DNA from: Alphaproteobacteria bacterium
GTDB taxonomy: Bacteria; Pseudomonadota; Alphaproteobacteria; JABAAW01
Direction of reading: 5' to 3'
Assembly (NCBI GenBank): GCA_965216605.1
Contig: CBDCGG010000002.1
Span: 1,025,878-1,089,877 of the forward strand
DNA length: 64,000 bases
Shown: piece after piece, positions 10,898 through 20,086 of the stretch
Layout of the letters: every line of letters begins with the position of its first letter
Numbering within the stretch: position 1 is the stretch's first letter
Translations under genes and position numbers: made by a program
Notes under the pieces: generated by a model
Told to the model about the DNA's origin: nothing
Databases searched by the model: none
Seen by the model: only the letters and a program-made list of their open reading frames with translations

Positions 10898-11551
10898 TTA
10901 GGAAGTTTTAAAAGAATTGTAAAAACTATACCGATAGTAAATCTTACCCGTCTCATCCACTTTTTCAATGTTGTCCTCTTCTTCTCCTTTCTTATCTAAA
11001 ACCGTAGTGTTTAATTTTACCGAGCAAGACATTTCGGAAAAATATTGGCGCAAGGTGCTTTCTTCTTTGAAAAAAGAAAATTCCATTGCGTTAATACGCT
11101 TTCTAATTTTATCGTCTTTCAAACATTTTTCTATTTCGTTTCGAATTTCCCTTTCTTTTTCCGAATTTCCATAATGCGGAAGCAGGTATTCTCTTCCTTC
11201 TTCTCCCCCTTTTTCTTTTGCCAAAGATTCCTTCGCGAGTTTGAGAGCAAGAGGGCTTTGGTTTTTTTCAAATTTAAGGTGTTGCTTGAAACGACTAAGA
11301 ATATTTTTAGCTTGGTTGCCCTGATAGGAAATATTATATTTTTTTCGTAACTCATCGTTTTTGGCGCGACCGACATAAACAGCCTTCCCTGCATCCCAAA
11401 AAGAATAAATTCCGCCAGCTTTGATGATTTCGGGGTTGTTTTGTTTCGAATCCCAGTCCTCTATCTTGATGCGGTTGCGACACAATGCATCCATGTTTGT
11501 ATCTATGCTAGCTCGCGCTGTTTCGAATATATTTTTGATGAAATCGTCCAT
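10898..11551 (-). CDS. AT-rich GIY-YIG nuclease-like protein
   Basis: GGIYSFWDAGKAVYVGRAKN...ILSRFKQHL matches the GIY-x9-11-YVG plus downstream Arg/His pattern. Confidence 0.7.
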   Translation of the reverse strand: MDDFIKNIFETARASIDTNMDALCRNRIKIEDWDSKQNNPEIIKAGGIYSFWDAGKAVYVGRAKNDELRKKYNISYQGNQAKNILSRFKQHLKFEKNQSPLALKLAKESLAKEKGGEEGREYLLPHYGNSEKEREIRNEIEKCLKDDKIRKRINAMEFSFFKEESTLRQYFSEMSCSVKLNTTVLDKKGEEEDNIEKVDETGKIYYRYSFYNSFKTS

Positions 11552-11648
11552 TTTCTTGTCCCTATTTGCTGTTGAACCTTTTGCATCACATATTGTAGTG
11601 CAACTTGAAAAAAAAATATAATTTTTTTAGAGCAAGCATGAGCAGAGC

Positions 11649-11678
11649 CGCCGTACCATGTTACTAGTCAGCTTGCGA
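11649..11678. repeat. Short reverse-oriented repeat remnant R2
   Basis: CGCCGTACCATGTTACTAGTCAGCTTGCG is the reverse complement of the GCAAGCTGACTCGTAACATGGTACGGCG block. Confidence 0.75.
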
Positions 11679-11710
11679 GGGCGCGAAAAACACTCAACAT
11701 ACATAACCTT

Positions 11711-13393
11711 CTATGATTTCTTCTGCTGCGAGCGAAACAGCATGTAGCGATAGGAATCATCCAAAGCACGCAAGCTCGCTACAATAATGTTCGCAGAAAC
11801 ACCCACCGTCGTCCAACTCTCGCCGCCCTCGTTCATAAAATCAATCGAAACACGCGTCGTCGCCTCCGTGCCGCTCGATCCCTCGTCGGGCGGAATAATC
11901 CGTACATGATAATCTACTAAACGCAAACCCTCCAACGGCGGATATAACTCCGTCAATCCCTTGCGTAAAGCCTTATCCAAAGCATTAACAGGACCATGCT
12001 CGCTCACCGCCGCCGTCAATCGTTCGACACTCTCTCCCACCTTTTTCTCTCCCGCCTTTTTCTTGCTATCCGTCTCCTTGCTTTTAGCACGCAACGAGAC
12101 GATCGCCTCGGATTCGATCACCTCCTCGCCCAAAGCATTCCAACGCCGCTCGTCCATTACACGAAAACGATCGATCGTATAAAAATCAACAACATTTCCC
12201 CGAACGCGCAATGCTAATAGACTCAAACTCGCCTCCGAATCCTCGTAGCTGTAGCCCTCCGACTCGCGCTGCTTCACCTCTTCCAACAGACGATTCAACT
12301 GCCCGTCCGAAAACTCTCCTAACCCCAAGTCGCCCAAACGCATCTTCAAGTTCGCACGACCCGCCTGATCCGAAACTACAATTTTGCGACGATTGCCAAC
12401 CCTCTCAGGTGCTATATGCTCGTAGGCGCGCGTCTCGCGGGCAACCGCCGAGCCATGCAAGCCACCCTTGTGCGCAAACGCCGACACACCCACATAAGGC
12501 GACTCCGCACGAGGAACACGATTTAATCGATGATCTAACAAGCGCGACAAATCTACCAATCGAGTCAGAGATTGCTCCTCGACGCTTGTGCGCAACCCCA
12601 TCTTTAGCATGAGATTGGGGATGATGGCGATTAGGTCGGCGTTGCCGCAACGCTCGCCGATGCCGTTGAGCGTCCCCTGCACCTGATCCGCTCCCGCGCG
12701 TACCGCCGCTAGAGAGTTGGCAATCGCATTGCCCGTGTCGTTGTGCGCGTGAATGCCCAAATTTATTTTTTTGTTTATTTTTTCGTAGTTCACTAAACGC
12801 GCGCTCACCTCGCTGGTGATGCGCTCGACCTCGAAGGGTAGCGTGCCGCCGTTCGTGTCGCACAGCACCAGCGTTGAGGCTCCCCCTGCCGCCGCTGCCT
12901 CCAAGCAGGCGAGCGCGTAGGAAGAATCTAACTTGTAGCCGTCGAAAAAATGTTCGGCATCGAAAAAGCAGTTGCCCTCGCCCTTGCGCTTGACCGTCTC
13001 GGCGCACGAATCTTTGATCATGCGTAAGTTTTCTTCGCGTGCGATCTTCAACACCTCGTCTACTTGGAAGGCGGAGCTCTTGCCGACGAGGCAGGCGAGC
13101 GGACTCTTCGCCGAGAGAACTTGCGTCAGGCTGGGATCGTTGCCTGCGCTGCGCTCGGCGCGACAGGTCATGCCGAAGGCGACGAGCTTGGCATGCGCGA
13201 ATTGCGGCGGGTTTGCAAAAAATTTGCTGTCGGAAGGATTAGCCCCTGGCCAGCCGCCCTCGATATAATCGATGCCGAACTGATCGAGCGCGTTCGCCAA
13301 CACGCGCTTGTCGGCGAGCGAGAAGTCCACGCCTGAACTCTGCGCTCCGTCGCGCAAGGTCGTGTCGAACAGCGTGATGTGGCGTGCGCTCAT
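11711..13393 (-). CDS. cimA: Citramalate synthase / 2-isopropylmalate synthase family
   Basis: FDTTLRDGAQ, GIHAHND, NGIGERCGNADL, AFAHKGGLH; ATGA overlap with the cysS stop. Confidence 0.9.
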   Translation of the reverse strand: MSARHITLFDTTLRDGAQSSGVDFSLADKRVLANALDQFGIDYIEGGWPGANPSDSKFFANPPQFAHAKLVAFGMTCRAERSAGNDPSLTQVLSAKSPLACLVGKSSAFQVDEVLKIAREENLRMIKDSCAETVKRKGEGNCFFDAEHFFDGYKLDSSYALACLEAAAAGGASTLVLCDTNGGTLPFEVERITSEVSARLVNYEKINKKINLGIHAHNDTGNAIANSLAAVRAGADQVQGTLNGIGERCGNADLIAIIPNLMLKMGLRTSVEEQSLTRLVDLSRLLDHRLNRVPRAESPYVGVSAFAHKGGLHGSAVARETRAYEHIAPERVGNRRKIVVSDQAGRANLKMRLGDLGLGEFSDGQLNRLLEEVKQRESEGYSYEDSEASLSLLALRVRGNVVDFYTIDRFRVMDERRWNALGEEVIESEAIVSLRAKSKETDSKKKAGEKKVGESVERLTAAVSEHGPVNALDKALRKGLTELYPPLEGLRLVDYHVRIIPPDEGSSGTEATTRVSIDFMNEGGESWTTVGVSANIIVASLRALDDSYRYMLFRSQQKKS

Positions 13394-14847
13394 TCTGCCT
13401 CTTGCCTTCTCTTGTATGACGCTGTGATGTACCAGTGCGAGCCGTCGCACCCGTCTTTGATCTCGACACCTTGGCTTTCAAGTTCATGGCGAATTTTATC
13501 GGCCATGACAAAGTCGCCTATTTTACGCGCGGCTTCTCGCATTTCTACGCGCTCTTCGATCCACCTGCGAAATTTATCGGAGGGGTTGTGGTTTTCTCTG
13601 GCAGCAGCGAGTCGTTGTTCGTCTTGCAACAGCCCTAACAATCCGCTCGCTTTTTTGAGCGCGCGTACTGCGCGAGAATGTTTTGCGCCTTCCGACACCG
13701 AAATCCTGTCGGCGCATGAAAACAGGTGCGCCAAGGCGAGCGGCGTGTTCAAGTCGTTACAAAGATCGGCATCGACATCAAAATCGAGGTCGTAGGTTGG
13801 GGTATCGGAATCGTCCGATGTGTTTTCTTCTGCTGCTAGCGCGTAGAGGCGGTCGAGATTTTTTTCTGCCTCGCACAAGCGTTGTATCGAGAAATTCAAC
13901 GGATGACGATAGTGGGTGCGCAGGAGGGCGAGTCGAATCGCCTCGCCGCTGAAGCGTTTCAACAGGTCGCAGACAAGGTGGAAGTTTCCCAGCGACTTCG
14001 ACATTTTCTTGCCCTCGCACAATACATAGCCGTTATGCATCCAGTGCTTGACGAAAGGCTCATCGGGGTGCGCGGCGCAAGATTGAGCGATCTCGTTCTC
14101 GTGGTGAGGGAAGATTAAATCCTGCCCTCCGCCGTGTATATCGATCTTGCCGCCCAAGTAACGACGGCTCATCGCCGAGCATTCGATATGCCAGCCCGGT
14201 CTGCCGCGCGTGTTATTTACATTGCCCCATGGCGAATCCCAACCTTCTTCCTCCTTCGCCACAGGTTTCCATAGCACGAAGTCTCCCTCCTCGCGCCGAC
14301 AGGGCAGAGGGGCTACGCGCGCGCCGTCCAAGTTGCCCTCAATGCTGCCCGCGCTCAATGCCATACCCCCGCGCCCCGACAGCTTGCCGTAGCCTTGAAA
14401 ACTTTTCACTGAAAACAGAACATGCCCATCGTCGCTCTTGTAAGCACTGCCGTTTTCAAGCAGGCGTTCGATCATCGCGATCATCTCAGCGATATGCTCG
14501 GTTGCGCGCGGCTCTTCGTCAGGCTCGACGCAACCCAAGGCTTGCGCGTCGGCGTGAAACGATGTTGTCGTTTGTGCGGTGAGCAGCGAGGGCGCGATGC
14601 CTTCTTCACGCGCACGCGCCAAGATCTTGTCGTCGACATCGGTGATGTTGCGTACATAAACAAGCTTCTCGTAGTGCCGCCGCAACAATCTTGCTACGAG
14701 ATCGAAGACGACGAGCGAACGCGCGTTGCCCAAGTGGATGCAATCATAGACGGTCGGCCCGCACACATAGAGGCGTACGCAAGCCTTGTCGTAGGGACAA
14801 AATTGCTCGACATGCCCGGAAGCGGTGTTGAAAAGTTGAATCGACAT
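13390..14847 (-). CDS. cysS: Cysteinyl-tRNA synthetase
   Basis: YVCGPTVYD..HLGNAR, GRPGWHIECSAM, KMSKSLGN. Confidence 0.97.
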   Translation of the reverse strand: MSIQLFNTASGHVEQFCPYDKACVRLYVCGPTVYDCIHLGNARSLVVFDLVARLLRRHYEKLVYVRNITDVDDKILARAREEGIAPSLLTAQTTTSFHADAQALGCVEPDEEPRATEHIAEMIAMIERLLENGSAYKSDDGHVLFSVKSFQGYGKLSGRGGMALSAGSIEGNLDGARVAPLPCRREEGDFVLWKPVAKEEEGWDSPWGNVNNTRGRPGWHIECSAMSRRYLGGKIDIHGGGQDLIFPHHENEIAQSCAAHPDEPFVKHWMHNGYVLCEGKKMSKSLGNFHLVCDLLKRFSGEAIRLALLRTHYRHPLNFSIQRLCEAEKNLDRLYALAAEENTSDDSDTPTYDLDFDVDADLCNDLNTPLALAHLFSCADRISVSEGAKHSRAVRALKKASGLLGLLQDEQRLAAARENHNPSDKFRRWIEERVEMREAARKIGDFVMADKIRHELESQGVEIKDGCDGSHWYITASYKRRQEAE

Positions 14848-14878
14848 GGCTACAGGCAGGCATCGTGCGTGAAGTAGC

Positions 14879-15439
14879 TCAGAAGACTCGCGCGAGGACT
14901 TGGTCTTCCTTGACCTGCCCCTGTCGTTTTTCCAAGTAGCGTTGATGATACTCTTCGGCGCGCCAAAAGCGCGTTTTCGCTACTATTTCGGTGGCGATGG
15001 GCTGTCGGAAATGTTTCTGCGCCTCGCTACGCGAGCGTTCGGCTTTGCCGCGTTGCTCCTCGTCGAGGACAAAGATCGCCGAGCGATATTGTCGCCCGAC
15101 ATCGAATCCTTGGCGATCTTTTTGCGTGGGATCGTGGATCGTCCAAAAGACCTCCAGCAACGCCTCGAAGGTGAGTTTTTTGCGATCGAAGGCAAGCGCG
15201 CAAACCTCGGCGTGTCCCGTATCGCCTCGGCAGATGGTGCGGTAGGTGGGATCTTTTGTCTCGCCGCCCGTGTAGCCGACCTCGCTGCTCTCCACTCCCG
15301 CAACGCGCCGCAAGCGTGCCTCGATGCCCCAAAAACAACCCGCCGCTAAAATAGCGCGCTCCAACCCCGCAGCTCCCGCCGTTCCGTTGAGATCGCGCGG
15401 TGCTACGCCCGCTCCATTGCTTGCGTCAAAAAATGTCAT
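14879..15439 (-). CDS. msrA: Peptide methionine sulfoxide reductase A
   Basis: AAGCFWGIE, GYTGG, GHAEV, AEEYHQRY. Confidence 0.95.
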   Translation of the reverse strand: MTFFDASNGAGVAPRDLNGTAGAAGLERAILAAGCFWGIEARLRRVAGVESSEVGYTGGETKDPTYRTICRGDTGHAEVCALAFDRKKLTFEALLEVFWTIHDPTQKDRQGFDVGRQYRSAIFVLDEEQRGKAERSRSEAQKHFRQPIATEIVAKTRFWRAEEYHQRYLEKRQGQVKEDQVLARVF

Positions 15440-15585
15440 AGTTGCTCTTCACTCCGCGTTGTCTTGCGTTTGCGCTCGTGTTGCGTTTAAGCAAGGTTAT
15501 GTCGTAGATTCAAGTCCACACTCTAGTCCACACTCTAGCGAAAAACTCTCGACAAGGCAAAGAGAGGCAAACATGCCAAAAAATC

Positions 15586-16776
15586 ATGCAAAGTTTTGAA
15601 GAAACCTTCACAGGCGCCCTAGGCGAAACCCTGCACGGCAGGTTGGAACAACCAACAGGTCCCACCGTAGCATACGCGCTGTTCGCCCATTGCTTCACTT
15701 GTGGGAAGGACTCGATTGCCGCAACCCGCATCACGCGCGCGCTCGCCGAGAGGGGTATCGCTACATTGCGTTTTGATTTCACGGGGTTGGGCAACTCGGA
15801 CGGCGATTTCGCCAACACAAACTTTACAACTAATATAGCCGATCTGACAGCAGCGGTCGAGCATCTCAGCACGAAATATCGTCCGCCCAGCCTGTTGTTG
15901 GGACATTCGTTGGGGGGGGCTGCCGTCTTGTCGCTCGCCGCTAACTCTGCGCTGAAGTGTGCCGTCGCTACGCTGGGTGCACCCTTCGATCCCGCCCATG
16001 TCGTCCATCTGTTTGCGGGCGCGCGAGAGAAGATCGAACAAGACGGCGTCGCCGAAGTAAACTTGGGAGGACGACCTCTGCGTATCGGTAAAAGCTTCTT
16101 GGACGATTTGGACAAGGGAGACAAAATCTTGCAAAACTTCAAACAACCCCTGCTCGTCCTGCACGCGCCGCGCGATAAAATTGTCGGCATAGAGAATGCA
16201 GAAAAAATCTTTCGCGCCGCTCAACATCCGAAAAGCTTTGTCTCGCTCGACAGCGCAGATCATCTGCTTCTCAACAAGCACGATGCCGAGTATGCAGCAA
16301 AGGTTATCGCCGCGTGGGCATCACGCTACATGACGCAGGAAGCAGAAGGTATGGCGCAAGAAAGTCCTTCGGAAGTGTGCGTGCAAGAAAGTCTTCGCTC
16401 AGCCTTGGAACAGACGATCACGAGCGGACGGCATATGTTGATCGCCGACGAACCTCAACGCTTGGGCGGCTTCGATCGAGGACCTTCACCATTCGATTAT
16501 ATTCTCGTTGCGCTGGGTGCTTGCACGACGATCACCTTGCGCGTGTATGCGAAACGCAAGGCGATCCCTTTGCGGCGTGCGCAAGTTCGCTTGATGTTTG
16601 ACGGGCAAGGAGAAGGGCAAAAGCATCGTCTCAAACGCCTTGTGACACTGGAGGGAGACTTGGACGACGCACAGCGCAAGACCTTGTTGGAGATTGCTGA
16701 CAAATGTCCTGTGCATCGTGCTTACAGCAAGGGGATGGAGGTTGCGACCGAAGAGGTGCAGGGAGAGGGAAGTTAA
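15586..16776 (+). CDS. Bifunctional alpha/beta hydrolase / OsmC family protein
   Basis: FAHCFTCGKD, GHSLGG nucleophile motif, C-terminal ALGACTTITL...IADKCPVH OsmC motif. Confidence 0.88.
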   Translation: MQSFEETFTGALGETLHGRLEQPTGPTVAYALFAHCFTCGKDSIAATRITRALAERGIATLRFDFTGLGNSDGDFANTNFTTNIADLTAAVEHLSTKYRPPSLLLGHSLGGAAVLSLAANSALKCAVATLGAPFDPAHVVHLFAGAREKIEQDGVAEVNLGGRPLRIGKSFLDDLDKGDKILQNFKQPLLVLHAPRDKIVGIENAEKIFRAAQHPKSFVSLDSADHLLLNKHDAEYAAKVIAAWASRYMTQEAEGMAQESPSEVCVQESLRSALEQTITSGRHMLIADEPQRLGGFDRGPSPFDYILVALGACTTITLRVYAKRKAIPLRRAQVRLMFDGQGEGQKHRLKRLVTLEGDLDDAQRKTLLEIADKCPVHRAYSKGMEVATEEVQGEGS

Positions 16777-16802
16777 TTTTCTTGCGGGTTAGATAGTTTT
16801 TT

Positions 16803-16863
16803 TGTGGATAAGTAAGAAAAAAAAATAAAATCTATTGACAGCATGCGTTTTAAGGTTCATAAA
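16803..16863 (+). promoter_or_regulatory. Perfect DnaA box plus sigma70-like promoter upstream of the small basic protein
   Basis: TGTGGATAA at 16803-16811 (reverse complement of TTATCCACA), an A-tract, then TTGACA (16835)-N17-CATAAA. Confidence 0.55.
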
Positions 16864-16965
16864 GTCAGGTAGATAAGGCTTCGGACATGAGTTCGGGAGA
16901 CATGAGTTCTTGAATATTTGCTCGAAGACCTTATATACCATTATACAACATTAGAGGAATTTTTC

Positions 16966-17382
16966 ATGGCGAAAGATATCACAGCGTTAATACGCGCAGA
17001 AGAAGCGGTGATCTCCGCGAGCGAAAAACGCTTGAAGAAATTGCGAGCGATTGCTAAAGAACTTGCAGAATTGAGCCAAGGCTCTACCGCTGCTGCTCCC
17101 AAAAAACGCGGTCGCAAGAAAGGCTCGACGACAAAGACAACAAAGACAACAAAGAAAGCAAAGCGCGGCGCACCACGCGGCAAACGCACGGGTCCTACGC
17201 TCGCTGAAGAAATACTCAAAGTGGTGGGCGGCGGTGGCAGCCTCACCAGCGGAGATATCGTGCGCGAAGTGATCGATGTCAGAGCAGGAACAAAACCCCC
17301 TTCCGTCTATACAACGCTCAATAAGTTGAAAAAGGACGGACGGCTCTATCAAGAAGGCGGCTTCTGGTACAGCAATCCATAA
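16966..17382 (+). CDS. Small basic DNA-binding protein: coiled coil + Lys-rich linker + winged-helix-like C-terminus
   Basis: GAGGA RBS before ATG 16966; PKKRGRKK linker; TLAEEILKVV..LTSGDIVREV..SVYTTLNKLKKDGRLYQEGGFWY has a wHTH-like pattern. Confidence 0.7.
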   Translation: MAKDITALIRAEEAVISASEKRLKKLRAIAKELAELSQGSTAAAPKKRGRKKGSTTKTTKTTKKAKRGAPRGKRTGPTLAEEILKVVGGGGSLTSGDIVREVIDVRAGTKPPSVYTTLNKLKKDGRLYQEGGFWYSNP

Positions 17383-17486
17383 CCTCCTCGAAATCTTAAC
17401 CCCCGCCGAGCAAGGAGAGGGTAGCGACAAAAAAAAACGCTTCCCTTTCCACTCTGCCTTTCCACTCTGCCTCTGCTCTCTTTTTT

Positions 17487-18248
17487 TTAAAGGATCGCCG
17501 TGCGCGCTCCCATAATGGCAGAGCCTACGCGTACGTGGGTCGCGCCGTGCGTAATCGCCTCGGTATAGTCGGCGCTCATTCCCATGCTCAACTGCGAAAG
17601 CCCATGCTCGCGCGCAAGCTGTGCCAGCAAGGCGAAGTAAGGAGCAGGCATCTCATCGTGCGGAGGTAAGCACATCAAGCCCGCAATAGGAAGCGCGCAC
17701 TCCTCGCGGGCAAGGCGCAAGAAAGATTCTAACTCCTGCAACGCTACGCCCGCCTTCTGTCGCTCGCAGCCGATGTTGACCTGCACAAAACACGAAACAG
17801 ATTTGGACATCTTCGCCATCGCTTCCGCCAAAGCGTAGGCAAGGCGCGGACGATCGAGGCTGTGGATCACATCGAACAAACGCACGGCTTGCAAAGCCTT
17901 GTTGCTTTGCAACGCGCCCACGGCGTGCAAGCATAGGTCGGGATAGTCGTCTCTGACACCTTCCCATTTGTCGTGTGCCTCTTGCACGCGGTTCTCGCCG
18001 AAATGCCGATGTCCATGTTGATGTCCGTGTTGATGTCCGTGTTGATGTCTATGTCCTTCTCCCTGTTCTTGTCCATGCCCATGCGAGAGCAGAGGCTTTA
18101 TGCGTGCCAGAGGATGTGTTTTCGTGATCACGATCAGCTCGACCTCGTGGGTAGGCTGCGGACGATGCTCGGCAATCGTATTTTTTACCGCCTCGAAGCG
18201 TTGCAACAGAGGTTCGTCTTGCTCGGCGTGTGGTGATTTTACTTGCAT
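17487..18248 (-). CDS. yggS: PLP homeostasis protein, YggS family, with His-rich insertion
   Basis: FGENRVQE, GALQSNK, IHSLDR, VQVNIG, GLMCLPP, LSMGMSADY..AI..GATHVRVGSAIMG. Confidence 0.92.
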   Translation of the reverse strand: MQVKSPHAEQDEPLLQRFEAVKNTIAEHRPQPTHEVELIVITKTHPLARIKPLLSHGHGQEQGEGHRHQHGHQHGHQHGHRHFGENRVQEAHDKWEGVRDDYPDLCLHAVGALQSNKALQAVRLFDVIHSLDRPRLAYALAEAMAKMSKSVSCFVQVNIGCERQKAGVALQELESFLRLAREECALPIAGLMCLPPHDEMPAPYFALLAQLAREHGLSQLSMGMSADYTEAITHGATHVRVGSAIMGARTAIL

Positions 18249-18347
18249 ACCGTCAGCATACAGGCTAGAGTGGCGATGGCAAGAAGGGAGGAGAGCAGTT
18301 TCCTCCGCTGAAATGTTTCTGCAACACAAAAAACAAAGGAGCGAAAA

Positions 18348-19472
18348 ATGAAAAGACGCAACTTTTTAACTGCAGCCTCGGGTTTGATCGGTGCCGCGAT
18401 TGGCGGCGGTGCTGTTTGGCTTTCCAACCAAAGTAAAGACGGTATGGCAGGTCCTGCCGTCGCAACGGGCAAGCGCGAGCTGACGATGGTCATGACATGG
18501 CCGAAGAAGTTTCCCGGTCTCGGCACAGGGGCAGAGAGGCTTGCTGACTCGATCACAGCAGCAACCGACGGCAGACTGACGGTGAAACTCTACGCCGCGG
18601 GCGAGCTTGTGCCTGCTTTCGAATCCTTCGACGCGGTCTCGCAAGGTACCGCCGACATGATGCATGCCGCCTCCTACTATTGGGTCGGCAAGTCCCCGGG
18701 CTTTGCCTTCTTCACCGCCGTGCCCTTCGGGCTGACGGCGAACGAGCTCAATGCGTGGGTCGAATGGGGTGGTGGACAGGAGTTGTGGGATTCGCTTTCT
18801 GCCGACTTCAACATGAAATCGATCCTCGCCGGCAACACGGGCGTGCAGATGGGTGGATGGTTCCGCAAGGAGATGAACACCCTTGAAGACTTCAAAGGCG
18901 TGAAAATGCGGATCCCCGGATTGGCAGGCGCGGTTTTGGACAAGCTCGGTGGCTCGGCAGTAACCCTGCCCGGCGGCGAACTCTTCCAAGCGCTGCAGTC
19001 GGGAACGATCGACGCGACCGAATGGGTGGGACCGTGGAACGACCGTGCCATGGGCTTCTATAAGGTTGCCAAGTTCTACTACTACCCCGGTTTCCACGAA
19101 CCCGGAGCAGGGCTGGAGTGCGCCTTCAATTTGGAGACTTGGAACAGCTTCTCCGATGCCGACAGGGTGCTCTTGACCGGCTTGTGTCGTGCTGAGAACG
19201 ATCACATGCTGGCAGAATACAATGCCAAGAATGCCGCGGCGTTGGATGATCTGATCAAGAATGAAGGCGTGCAGCTCAAGCGATTCTCGTCCGAGATCTA
19301 CGCAGGGCTCGGAAAGGGTTGGCAAGAGGTGCTTGAAGAAAAAGTGCTTGCAGGCAACGATGCCAAAGCCAAAAAAATCGGCGAAGCCTTCCTCGCCTTC
19401 CGCAAGGAGGTCGCAGGATGGACAAAACTTTCCGAACAAGCCTATGTGGAAGAGCGGGAAAAATTGCTCTGA
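18348..19472 (+). CDS. TRAP transporter substrate-binding protein (DctP/TakP-like, Tat signal)
   Basis: MKRRNFL twin-arginine leader, WPKKFPGLG, KMRIPG, IDATEWVGP. Confidence 0.9.
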   Translation: MKRRNFLTAASGLIGAAIGGGAVWLSNQSKDGMAGPAVATGKRELTMVMTWPKKFPGLGTGAERLADSITAATDGRLTVKLYAAGELVPAFESFDAVSQGTADMMHAASYYWVGKSPGFAFFTAVPFGLTANELNAWVEWGGGQELWDSLSADFNMKSILAGNTGVQMGGWFRKEMNTLEDFKGVKMRIPGLAGAVLDKLGGSAVTLPGGELFQALQSGTIDATEWVGPWNDRAMGFYKVAKFYYYPGFHEPGAGLECAFNLETWNSFSDADRVLLTGLCRAENDHMLAEYNAKNAAALDDLIKNEGVQLKRFSSEIYAGLGKGWQEVLEEKVLAGNDAKAKKIGEAFLAFRKEVAGWTKLSEQAYVEEREKLL

Positions 19473-19575
19473 TCGACTTGGAATAAAATAAGACTGGCGG
19501 CGAGAGACCCTCGCCGCCAGTTTTAACAAGCAAGTTTGTTGGTCGCTTGACCGCTCTTACGAAGGACGCTTACAA

Positions 19576-20076
19576 GTGGAAAAATTGTTGCTCAAAGGCG
19601 AGGCGGTCAACCGCTGGCTCGGCAAGGTCGGGGCGGGGGCTGTGTTGCTGATCGTCTTCTTGCAATTCGTTATCGTCTTGGCGCGCTATATGTTCGGCTT
19701 CAATGTCATTTGGATGCAAGACATGGTCACCTACGGACACGCCTCCATCTTCATGTTGGGTGCCGCCTTTACCTTCGCCGACGATGGGCATGTGCGCATC
19801 GACATCCTCTACAACCGTTGGAGCAAAGGTCAGCAGGCGCGCGTCAATTTTTACGGCTCGCTGTTTTTGCTGCTACCCTTTTGCCTGCTTATGCTGTGGC
19901 TTGCCGTGCCTTATGTAGTCGAGTCGTGGCAGAATCTGGAAGGCTCGTTCCAAACGATGGGGTTGCAGTTCGTCTATCTGCTCAAAAGCCTTCTGATCGT
20001 CTTTCCCATAAGCCTGATGGTTCAAGGCGCGTTGTTGGCTTTTCGTGCCTATCTTGTTATGGAGCAGGATTCCTGA
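19576..20076 (+). CDS. TRAP transporter small permease (DctQ-like)
   Basis: Four TM helices, GHVRIDILY motif, position in the operon. Confidence 0.88.
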   Translation: MEKLLLKGEAVNRWLGKVGAGAVLLIVFLQFVIVLARYMFGFNVIWMQDMVTYGHASIFMLGAAFTFADDGHVRIDILYNRWSKGQQARVNFYGSLFLLLPFCLLMLWLAVPYVVESWQNLEGSFQTMGLQFVYLLKSLLIVFPISLMVQGALLAFRAYLVMEQDS

Positions 20077-20086
20077 CCTTTCCGTC

